Shown here: in pieces, positions 53,213 through 60,963 of the stretch
Layout: every line of letters starts with the position of its first letter
How positions within the stretch are numbered: position 1 is the first letter of the stretch
Assembly (NCBI GenBank): GCA_945897335.1
Contig: CAMDFP010000001.1
Location: 2,143 to 66,142 of the forward strand
Reading direction: 5' to 3'
DNA: 64,000 nucleotides
From: Asaia bogorensis
GTDB lineage: Bacteria; Pseudomonadota; Alphaproteobacteria; SHVZ01
Position numbers and translations under genes: made by a program
The notes under the pieces: model-generated
The model's database searches: none
What the model saw: the letters and a program-made list of their open reading frames with translations, nothing else
What the model was told of the DNA's origin: nothing

Positions 53213-53415
53213 GCAAGCCGCTCAAATGGACCGATGTCCACGACATCGCCATTGAGCTGGACGAGGCGCATCCGGACGTCGACATCATGTCCATCCGGTT
53301 CACCGATCTGCACGCCTGGGTGATGGCGCTCCCGACCTTCAAGGACGACCCCGAGCGGTCGGGCGAGAAGATCCTGGAAGCGATCCAGATGGCCTGGCTG
53401 GAAGAGCGGAAGTGA
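53209..53415 (+). CDS. iscX: Fe-S assembly protein IscX
   Basis: 68-aa acidic protein, [17 protein letters not shown]…, coupled to fdx. Confidence 0.8.
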   Translation: MSKPLKWTDVHDIAIELDEAHPDVDIMSIRFTDLHAWVMALPTFKDDPERSGEKILEAIQMAWLEERK

Positions 53416-53426
53416 CATCGAGTCTC

Positions 53427-53526
53427 GCCCCCCACCCCAACCCTCCCCCACGCGCCGCGGGGGGAGGGAGTACGACGCACCTCGTACCCCCTCCCCCCTC
53501 CGTGGGGGAGGGTTGGGGTGGGGGGC
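53427..53526. repeat. nested-palindrome intergenic repeat, copy 4 (most perfect)
   Basis: Outer arms CCCCCCACCCCAACCCTCCCCCAC / GTGGGGGAGGGTTGGGGTGGGGGG are exact reverse complements. The inner stem is GGGGGGAGGG/CCCCTCCCCCC around GTACGACGCACCTCGTAC. Confidence 0.75.
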
Positions 53527-53546
53527 GCAGCCGGACTCGCTGACCG

Positions 53547-54662
53547 ATGGATCCCCTGCGTCTCGGGGGTGATCCGTCCGACCATCTGGTCGCCGTCGCC
53601 ATGTCCGGCGGCGTCGATTCCTCGGCCGTCGCCGGCATGCTGGTCGAGGCCGGATACCGGGTCGCGGGATTCACGCTGCAGCTCTACGACCACGGTGCGG
53701 CGGTGGCCAAGAGCGGCGCCTGCTGCGCCGGCCAGGATATCCACGACGCCCGCCGCGTCGCCGCCCGCCTCGGCATTCCGCATTACGTGCTGGATTACGA
53801 GAGCCGCTTTCGCGAGCAGGTGATGGCGCCCTTCGCCGCCTCCTATCTCGCGGGCGAGACCCCGATCCCCTGCGTGCTCTGCAACCGCACGGTCAAGTTC
53901 GCCGACCTGCTGGGCATGTCGAAGGATCTCGGCGCCGCAGCCCTGGTCACCGGCCATTACGTCCGCCGCATCGAGGGCCCCACGGGGCCGGAGCTGCACC
54001 GGGCGGCCGATGCGTCGCGCGACCAGAGCTATTTCCTCTTCGGCACCACCAGGGACCAGCTCGCCCGCCTCCACTTCCCGCTCGGCGACAAGCCGAAGAG
54101 CGAGACCCGCGCCATTGCCGGCCGCCTCGGCCTCGCCGTAGCCTCGAAACCCGACAGCCAGGACATCTGCTTCGTTCCGGGCGGGCGCTATGCCGAGGTG
54201 GTGCGGAAGCTCCGCCCCGAAGCCGACGCGCCGGGCGAGATCGTCGACCTCTCAGGCCGCGTCGTCGGCAGGCACAAGGGCATCGTCGACTTCACCGTCG
54301 GCCAGCGGAAGGGCCTCGGCCTCGGCGCCACCTCCGACGGCACCGAGCCCTCCTATGTCTTGCGCCTGGAGCCCGAGACCCGCCGCGTCGTGGTCGGGCC
54401 GAAATCGGCGCTGGCGGCGAGCCGGGTCGATCTCCGCGACGTGAACTGGCTGGACGACGCGCCGATCCCGGCCGACGGCCTCGCAGTCGAGGTCAAGCTG
54501 CGCTCGGCCTCGCCGGCGGCGAAGGCCCGGCTGTTCCCGCTCGACGGCGGTGCTGAGCTGGCGCTGGACGAGCCCCAGCACGGCGTCTCGCCCGGCCAGG
54601 CCGGCGTGCTCTACCGCGGCGACCGCGTGCTCGGCGGCGGCTGGATCTCGCGGGCGGCATGA
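53547..54662 (+). CDS. mnmA: tRNA 2-thiouridine(34) synthase MnmA
   Basis: PP-loop SGGVDSS and the catalytic Cys context (IPCVLCNR). Confidence 0.9.
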   Translation: MDPLRLGGDPSDHLVAVAMSGGVDSSAVAGMLVEAGYRVAGFTLQLYDHGAAVAKSGACCAGQDIHDARRVAARLGIPHYVLDYESRFREQVMAPFAASYLAGETPIPCVLCNRTVKFADLLGMSKDLGAAALVTGHYVRRIEGPTGPELHRAADASRDQSYFLFGTTRDQLARLHFPLGDKPKSETRAIAGRLGLAVASKPDSQDICFVPGGRYAEVVRKLRPEADAPGEIVDLSGRVVGRHKGIVDFTVGQRKGLGLGATSDGTEPSYVLRLEPETRRVVVGPKSALAASRVDLRDVNWLDDAPIPADGLAVEVKLRSASPAAKARLFPLDGGAELALDEPQHGVSPGQAGVLYRGDRVLGGGWISRAA

Positions 54663-55165
54663 GCGCCGGCGTCGTCATCCGCCCGGCGACGATCGAGGAC
54701 GCGCCCGCGCTGGCACTCCTGGTGGCGGCGCTCCGGGCGCATCAGAACGACCCGATCGGCGACCTGAACGAAGCGGCGATCCGCCGCGACGGCTTCGGCG
54801 AGGCGCCGGAGTTCAGCATCCTGATCGCCGAGCGCGACCGCCGGCCGATCGGCTATGCCCTCTTCACCAACACCTACGAGCCCGCCTTCGCCGCCAAAGG
54901 GGTCTATCTCGCCGACCTCTATGTCCGCCCGGAGGCACGCCGCTCGGGCGCCGGCCGCGCGCTGGTCCAGGCGGTCGCCGCCGAGGCCCGCCGGCACAAC
55001 CGCCGTTTCGTCTGGTGGACCTCGCTCACCACCAATGCCGAGGCACATGCCTTCTACGCCGCGCTCGGCGCCATCACGCATGAACTCCAGGCGCATGTGC
55101 TGGGCCTGGATGCCTTCGGCCGCCTCGCCGACGCCCATGGCGGCCCCGACCCCGCCTCCGCTTGA
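54659..55165 (+). CDS. GNAT family N-acetyltransferase
   Basis: Acetyl-CoA block (…[13 protein letters not shown]…). ATGA overlap with mnmA. Confidence 0.75.
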   Translation: MSAGVVIRPATIEDAPALALLVAALRAHQNDPIGDLNEAAIRRDGFGEAPEFSILIAERDRRPIGYALFTNTYEPAFAAKGVYLADLYVRPEARRSGAGRALVQAVAAEARRHNRRFVWWTSLTTNAEAHAFYAALGAITHELQAHVLGLDAFGRLADAHGGPDPASA

Positions 55166-55238
55166 CGAGGCCCCCTCGGGCGGCCTATAGGCACGCTCTC
55201 TCCGCGGCCGGCCTTTCCTCGAGGCCGGTACGCCCGGT

Positions 55239-55312
55239 GGCGGTGTAGCTCAGCGGTAGAGCAGGGGAATCATAATCCCTTGGTCGGCGGTTCAAATCCG
55301 TCCACCGCTACC
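55239..55312 (+). tRNA. tRNA-Met (anticodon CAT); elongator Met or a lysidine-modified tRNA-Ile2 cannot be distinguished
   Basis: Cloverleaf read directly: acceptor GGCGGTG/CACCGCT, anticodon loop AUCAUAA, T-loop GGTTCAAATCC, encoded CCA. G1-C72 is paired, so it is not an initiator tRNA. Confidence 0.85.
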
Positions 55313-55315
55313 ATT

Positions 55316-55560
55316 AGGCTCCTAATTCGGGGAACGAACGCGGACCGGCCCTCGGTCTTACCGCGGGTAGCGTTGAAGAGGTCGGCAAAGCGGCTGTCCA
55401 GCTCGACTCGGACCTCATCTCGCTCTTCCTCAGGATAGACGACCACCTTCTCGACAATCGCTCGGATCACCCGCGCGGCCTTCTTGCGCGTCGTCGCATC
55501 CTCGGTGGTCGACGCCCGGAAATCCCTCGGCAGAGAGTGCGAGGGAGTTACCGGCACCAT
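55316..55560 (-). pseudogene. possible recombinase/integrase C-terminal remnant
   Basis: The ORF MVPVTPSHSLPRDFRASTTEDATTRKKAARVIRAIVEKVVVYPEEERDEVRVELD… runs into the tRNA antisense. It weakly resembles the C-terminal region of large serine recombinases. Very uncertain. Confidence 0.2.
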
Positions 55561-55739
55561 CTGTTTTAGGTTATGGAAAACGCTCGGTAGAACCCCAACA
55601 TCCCCTCAACGAGCATGAACCAGTGGACCACAGGAGCGTTACCTTCTCGCCAGGAGATAGTAACGGTAGCTGGACACGCGCTCGGTTAACGTGCTGATGT
55701 AAAGAGGCAGTCTTTGAGAATAATTATCAGTTGTGAAGG

Positions 55740-56486
55740 ATGACGAGACCGGTGGCAGACCGCGTTTGGGAGACGATGCAGGCTAGGATCACTCTGTTCT
55801 CAGAAGGGATCGAGAATGAGCCTTGGCTTCCCGCCCTCTTTGAAGCGATCGCAGAGAACAAAGCTGACAAGGTCGAAAGTCAACCAAAGACCGGCGTCAC
55901 AATTTCACGTGGCAAGTGGCGCGAGGGAGAGCTTCGCGTAAAAAGTGGTCCAGGTCGTTTCGATCTCATCCTCGCGCCGGAGATGGTTCAGACAGTGCAA
56001 CCCTTTCCGGTCATCGGCAGCATCGATGAGATGGATGTGATGATCGAGAAGGTGGAGACATACGTCGCTCCGAACCTGAAGACCACAGAGCGTGTCGCTC
56101 TCGGCATCGGCGTCATAAGCCGATGCGAGAATGAGGATGAAGCGACAAAGGTGGTTACCGAACTCGCGGGAGTGACGACCGACCTGACTAACGCCTCCGA
56201 CTTCATTTTTCAGATCAATCGGTATCGCCAAGTCGATGGGAGACGCGTCAACCGTATTTTGAAATGCTTGTCGTTCTCGGTGCAGGACATAGTCGCGAAT
56301 GTGGCAGCTGATGAAGCGCAGATTACACTTGCTGCGAACTACGCCCGCTGCGACTTCGATTTCAACACACATCCGAGCGGCACTGCCATGCCAGCAGACC
56401 CAATTCCGGCTAAGGAAGTCGCGCCCTGGCTCCGCCGGCTGAGCGGGATGGTTCGTCAAACCCTAACCGAAGGCTTTGCGTCGTGA
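55740..56486 (+). CDS. hypothetical protein, islet gene 1 of 3
   Basis: 248 aa with no recognisable domain. Lower GC. Its stop overlaps the next start (GTGA). Confidence 0.55.
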   Translation: MTRPVADRVWETMQARITLFSEGIENEPWLPALFEAIAENKADKVESQPKTGVTISRGKWREGELRVKSGPGRFDLILAPEMVQTVQPFPVIGSIDEMDVMIEKVETYVAPNLKTTERVALGIGVISRCENEDEATKVVTELAGVTTDLTNASDFIFQINRYRQVDGRRVNRILKCLSFSVQDIVANVAADEAQITLAANYARCDFDFNTHPSGTAMPADPIPAKEVAPWLRRLSGMVRQTLTEGFAS

Positions 56487-57238
56487 TTTCAATCGCCGCC
56501 TATAACGCTGCCGAAGCGGCATTGAACTCTATGGCGGGTGACCATTCGCGCGTGTCCACGGACGCTCACGGGTTGTTTGACTATCGACGGACCTTCAAGC
56601 GCGTACGCTTCGAGGCCGCTGGGACGCGAGGCGTCCCTATTGCCAACGTCACCGTCGTCCATCACGGAGATTTGGCGGATTCCGAGCCAGGCATTTGGGG
56701 CATTGCCACGCCCTCCGAGGCAATGATTGGCTGGACGCGCCGGGCAGTGAACGTTTTGTATTCCCACCCCTTGGCAGTCGTCAGCGCCACGGCGACTACT
56801 CCACATGATTTCTACACGGTCACGGAACTTGCCGCTGCCGTATCGATAGTCGGAGTGCTCGAGCATGGAAACGATCCGGTCGTTACATTGCGAGCCCCTC
56901 TCGCGATTGCCTCGCGTCGGCCCCCTGTGCGCTTTGCTTGGCTTGAAGCTGCCGCTCAGTTCGCAGCAGATGGCAACACTAAGATCGCCTTTCGAAGGGC
57001 CATAGCGGAGCTGGACCTACTGGTTACGAGTGCCGAGTGGGCGGCGATCGGAAGTATTCTTGAGTTATCGTCGACCAATAACCACCCGTGGACGTTCCGT
57101 GTAGGCGTGCTCCGGCTCCTCTCGAAATTTTCGGCGCAAATTCCTGGGTGGAATGACGCACTGAAGGACGTCACCAAGCGGATTAAGGCCGCCGGTAGAA
57201 ATCCCCACGTGGTTCTGCGAGGGCTGTCCCGAGTCTGA
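56483..57238 (+). CDS. hypothetical protein, islet gene 2 of 3
   Basis: 251 aa with no recognisable domain. Coupled on both sides (GTGA upstream, TGATG downstream). Confidence 0.55.
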   Translation: MISIAAYNAAEAALNSMAGDHSRVSTDAHGLFDYRRTFKRVRFEAAGTRGVPIANVTVVHHGDLADSEPGIWGIATPSEAMIGWTRRAVNVLYSHPLAVVSATATTPHDFYTVTELAAAVSIVGVLEHGNDPVVTLRAPLAIASRRPPVRFAWLEAAAQFAADGNTKIAFRRAIAELDLLVTSAEWAAIGSILELSSTNNHPWTFRVGVLRLLSKFSAQIPGWNDALKDVTKRIKAAGRNPHVVLRGLSRV

Positions 57239-57915
57239 TGCTAACCGAGGTTCGCGTCAGGGCACCGGCGCCCGGCCAGATCGGTATCGGATTGCCGCTC
57301 GAGCGCGGCGACGTAGTCCGGCACGTCGGGTTGATTTCTGAATCAGAGGCCGGCTCGATGATGCTGACGCATCTCCGGATGGACCGCGACTTCGAAGCTG
57401 GCGATGTTCCGCAGGACTGGCTCTGGATTAACATCGACCTGGACGGGTTCGAAGTGGATCTCGTTACCGAGCTCGTCAACAAAATCGTCGCGCGCAAGCC
57501 GCAAAAAGTTATGGGCTACTCGTTTGTCCCGCCTGGGAAAGGCTTCTCGGTCAAGGACGGCGAAATCATTGCAATCGGATTTACCTGTTCGACCTACGCG
57601 ATGGCAGTGTTCGACAGCGTTTCGATCCCCTTAATCGACGAAGCGACCTGGGAGCCGCGGGAGTCAGACAAATGGTGGCAGATCGAATTTGTCGCTCACG
57701 TAACGAAGAAAGACGCAATGCTCGGATTGAAGCTGGACGCGGAGGTTGGCGCGCTGCGGTTTCGTCCAGGTGAGGTCGCTGGTGCGGGCTCGGTCGGGAG
57801 AGTCCGACGGCCGGTGAAGTTCAAAATCGCTGAAAAGCTGGCCGAAAAGCTACTTCACGAACTCAAAAGGACCCGCGAGAACATCGAAAGGCGCGCGGCC
57901 AAATCCAAGCGATGA
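57238..57915 (+). CDS. hypothetical protein, islet gene 3 of 3
   Basis: 225 aa, with a basic C-terminal tail KLAEKLLHELKRTRENIERRAAKSKR. No recognisable domain. Confidence 0.55.
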   Translation: MLTEVRVRAPAPGQIGIGLPLERGDVVRHVGLISESEAGSMMLTHLRMDRDFEAGDVPQDWLWINIDLDGFEVDLVTELVNKIVARKPQKVMGYSFVPPGKGFSVKDGEIIAIGFTCSTYAMAVFDSVSIPLIDEATWEPRESDKWWQIEFVAHVTKKDAMLGLKLDAEVGALRFRPGEVAGAGSVGRVRRPVKFKIAEKLAEKLLHELKRTRENIERRAAKSKR

Positions 57916-58033
57916 TTGGCGGTGACGTTCTGGCCAAAATGCTCCACCGCTACCATTCTTTCCTCTCCTCGATTGACCGCGCCCGGCTGGGATCCCTAGG
58001 CTTGGGCGGCACCGTGGCCTAAAAGGGGCGCGT

Positions 58034-58432
58034 ATGGACTTCATCGGCATCAAGAAGGTAATGCTCGCCCTCGGCGCGGTGGCGACGGTGGTGATCTTCT
58101 TTCGCCAGGCCGGCACGATGGCCGCGCTGATCCATCCGCCCACCATGCTGCTGCTGGGCTGGTGCCTGCTGCCGATGGCGCATCTCGGCATGTTCGGGCG
58201 CGAGGACGACCGGAGGATCGTGCATCTCCTGCTGCTGGCGGCGACCGCGATCGCCGTCGTCTCCGGCGTCTGGGTCTATGTCGACGTGCTGGTGCTCCAC
58301 GTGCACGCGTCGAGCCCCATCGCCTTCATGGTCGTGCCTCTGATGCAGATGGCGGTGGTGGTGCTGGCGATCGGGGCCGCCTGGCAGATCCGGCGCCGGG
58401 CCCGCGCGGCACCGGCCGGCGCGAGTCCGTAA
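58034..58432 (+). CDS. small integral membrane protein (about 4 TM), hypothetical
   Basis: The hydrophobic helices are seen directly. AAAAGGGG lies upstream of the ATG. Confidence 0.5.
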   Translation: MDFIGIKKVMLALGAVATVVIFFRQAGTMAALIHPPTMLLLGWCLLPMAHLGMFGREDDRRIVHLLLLAATAIAVVSGVWVYVDVLVLHVHASSPIAFMVVPLMQMAVVVLAIGAAWQIRRRARAAPAGASP

Positions 58433-58477
58433 AAATATATATGGCGGGCTGCCCCTTAATATGGGGATGCGGTGTTT

Positions 58478-58491
58478 CAATACGCGTATTG
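58478..58491. promoter_or_regulatory. perfect 14-bp palindrome CAATACGCGTATTG upstream of the HWE kinase gene
   Basis: Seen directly, in an AT-rich stretch (AAAATATATATGG…). Confidence 0.3.
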
Positions 58492-58519
58492 GTACCTGCA
58501 CCATGTCAGCCTGCCCCTG

Positions 58520-60247
58520 ATGACCGGCGCCCTGCCCCGCCCCCCGACAGCCGGGCGTGGTTTCGCGCCTAGGCTCACGCTGGCTCAGCGGCTGTTCTTG
58601 CTGGCGCTGATCGCCCTGCTGCCGGGAACGCTGGTGCTCGCCTACAACGAGATCGAGCTCCGGCGCGCGCGGCTGGCCGAACTCCATGTCGAGGCGGCGC
58701 GGAACGCCCGCCTGGCCGCCTCCGAGGTCGAGCAGATCTTCGAGGGCGTACGCGGCATCCTCGCCACCATCGGCGTGTCTCAGGAGGTGCGGAGCTTCGA
58801 CGCCTCGGCCTGCCACGCCTTCCTCGCCGAAGTCGCGACCCGCCTGCCGCAGCTGGACGCGATCGTCGTCGTCGATGCCGCGGGCGAGCTCAAATGCCGG
58901 AGCGGTACCACCGCGACACTGACCAGCTATGCCGGCAATTCCTTCTTCAAGGAGGCGGTCGCGGACCGGAAGTTCGCCGTCGGCCAGTACGTCATCGGTG
59001 CGGTCTCCGGACGCCCGCGCCTGCCGGTGGCGCTGCCGGTAGCCGGCGCCGGGGGCAGCATCGAGCGCGTGATCATCGCCTCCCTCGACATGGCGTGGCT
59101 GGGCGCCCGGGTGCGCGAGCGCGGCCTCGATTCCGGCGGCGCCATCGCGATCGCCGACCGCAACGGCATCCTGATCGCGCGTGAGCCTGATCCCGAGCGG
59201 TTCGTCGGCACCCGTATCCCCGACGCCTACCAGCCGCTGGTACGCGCCGCACAGCCCGGCACCGAGGAGGTCGTGAGCCAGGACGGAACCCGGCGGGTGC
59301 TGGGATATGTGCCGGCGAGCGTCTCGCCGATCGGCCTCTACGTCAGCACCGGCGCCGCGTCCGGCGACGCCTTCGACGTGATCGAACGCTCGACCCGCCG
59401 GAGCCTGGTCTTCCTCGCCATCGGCGCCATCGCCACGCTGCTGCTCGCCTGGTGGTTCGGGCGGACCTACATCACGCACAAGGTCATGCGCGTGGTCAGG
59501 ACGACGGAGACATGGCGGAACGGCGATCTCAGCGCGCGCACCCTCATGGACGGGCGCGACGGCGAGATCGAGGCCATCGCCCAGGCGTTCGACCTTCTGG
59601 CCGACGAGCTCGCCGCTCGCCAGCGCGAGCGCGACAAGGCCGATCACCAGCGCGAGCTGCTGCTGAACGAACTGACCCATCGGGTCCGCAACGTGCTTGC
59701 CACCGTCCAGTCGGTGGCCGCGCTCAGCTTCCGCAACGCCCAGGGGCCCGACGCCTTCCGCGCCTTCAACAGCCGCCTGCAGGCGCTCGCCCGCAGCCAT
59801 GAGCTGCTGACCCGCAAGCAATGGGACTCGGCCGAGATCGGCGAAGTGGTCCGCGACGCGATCGCACCCTTGCGCGGCGACGACGATCGCCGGTTCGCGG
59901 TCTCCGGGCCGCCCGTCCACCTGTCCTCGGCCGGGACGGTGTCGGTCTCGATGATGCTGCACGAGCTCTGCACCAACGCGGTGAAGTACGGCGCGCTCTC
60001 CAACGAAAGCGGTCGGGTGTCCATCACCTGGACCGCCGAGGCCAGGCGTGACGACATCGACTTCGGCCTCCACTGGCTGGAATATGGCGGCCCGCCTGTA
60101 GTGGCGCCGACGCGCGTCGGTTTCGGCTCCCGCTTGATTCCGGCACTGGCGCAGGAGATGGGCGGCGAGGTGCAGATCTCCTACCTCCCGGAAGGGGTGA
60201 GCTGCACGATCCGGCTCCGCCTGGCGAAGCTTCCGGGCAAGACCTGA
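58520..60247 (+). CDS. HWE/HisKA_2-family sensor histidine kinase with periplasmic Cache-like domain and HAMP
   Basis: H-box HRVRNVLATV and HWE-type ATPase HELCTNAVKYGA…GGEVQISYLPEG. There are two TM segments. The start is either the ATG at 58520 or the GTG at 58472. Confidence 0.8.
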   Translation: MTGALPRPPTAGRGFAPRLTLAQRLFLLALIALLPGTLVLAYNEIELRRARLAELHVEAARNARLAASEVEQIFEGVRGILATIGVSQEVRSFDASACHAFLAEVATRLPQLDAIVVVDAAGELKCRSGTTATLTSYAGNSFFKEAVADRKFAVGQYVIGAVSGRPRLPVALPVAGAGGSIERVIIASLDMAWLGARVRERGLDSGGAIAIADRNGILIAREPDPERFVGTRIPDAYQPLVRAAQPGTEEVVSQDGTRRVLGYVPASVSPIGLYVSTGAASGDAFDVIERSTRRSLVFLAIGAIATLLLAWWFGRTYITHKVMRVVRTTETWRNGDLSARTLMDGRDGEIEAIAQAFDLLADELAARQRERDKADHQRELLLNELTHRVRNVLATVQSVAALSFRNAQGPDAFRAFNSRLQALARSHELLTRKQWDSAEIGEVVRDAIAPLRGDDDRRFAVSGPPVHLSSAGTVSVSMMLHELCTNAVKYGALSNESGRVSITWTAEARRDDIDFGLHWLEYGGPPVVAPTRVGFGSRLIPALAQEMGGEVQISYLPEGVSCTIRLRLAKLPGKT

Positions 60248-60327
60248 TCCGAGGGCCGGCACTTCGTCGTTTCATGGCCTCCGCGAAGCCTTGGCGGGTT
60301 CGACTGAGCGGCCCCTAGGGTCCGGCC

Positions 60328-60963
60328 ATGACCCTCGACCTCGCCCAGACGGCGTCGGTGCTGTCGGCCATCTCCGTCATCTGGTTCGTGGCCCATCTGT
60401 CGCCGGGCCCCGACTTCCTGGTGACGGTCCGCGTCGCCGTGACCCAGTCGCGGGCGGCGGCGTTCCGCACCGTGCTCGGGATCGCGGTCGGCACGGTGAT
60501 CTGGGCGGTGGCGGGGTTCTTCGGCATCCATGCGCTGTTCTCGTCGATGCCGGCGTTCTACACCGCACTCAAGCTCGCCGGCGGCGCCTACCTCGCCTAT
60601 CTCGGACTCCGCATCGTGATCGCGAGCTTCCGCCCGCCGGCGGACGCAGGAAGCGGATCCGTGCCGATGTCGGCGGGATCGGCCTTCCGCCTCGGCCTTC
60701 TCACCAACCTCGCCAATCCGAAGGCCGCGCTGTTCACCGCCAGCGTCTTCGCCACCACCCTGCCGCCGGATCCGCCGGCTCTCCTCGGCCTCGCCGCGAC
60801 GATCGTGATGACCGTGATCTCGATCGTCTTCTACGGCCTTCTCGCTGGCCTGCTCACCACGCCCGGCGCCTCGGCCGCCTACGCCCGGGCCCAGGCCTGG
60901 ATCGACCGGGTGGCCGGCGTCGCCTTCATCTACTTCGCCGTCGACTTCGCGCTTCGCGGCTGA
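60328..60963 (+). CDS. LysE/RhtB family amino-acid exporter
   Basis: 6 TM helices and the N-terminal LysE pattern (…HLSPGPDFLVTV…). Confidence 0.85.
   Translation: MTLDLAQTASVLSAISVIWFVAHLSPGPDFLVTVRVAVTQSRAAAFRTVLGIAVGTVIWAVAGFFGIHALFSSMPAFYTALKLAGGAYLAYLGLRIVIASFRPPADAGSGSVPMSAGSAFRLGLLTNLANPKAALFTASVFATTLPPDPPALLGLAATIVMTVISIVFYGLLAGLLTTPGASAAYARAQAWIDRVAGVAFIYFAVDFALRG

Larger units (their letters stand above)
55300..57957. mobile_element. small integrated genomic islet at the tRNA-Met 3' end, bounded by a 15-bp direct repeat
   Basis: TCCACCGCTACCATT occurs at 55300..55314 (the tRNA 3' end) and again at 57943..57957. GC between the repeats drops to about 55 %. It contains a recombinase-like remnant and a three-gene operon; no intact integrase is present. 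Confidence 0.55.

Noticed and set aside
33332-53526. CRISPR array interpretation of the G-rich repeats
   Set aside because: The copies are tens of kb apart, each is internally palindromic, and no regularly spaced spacers or cas genes are present.
55270-55315. C-terminal 15 codons of track ORF 55270..55560, which overlap the tRNA
   Set aside because: This part is simply the antisense strand of the tRNA-Met gene. Only the portion beyond the tRNA is considered, as a weak recombinase-remnant candidate.
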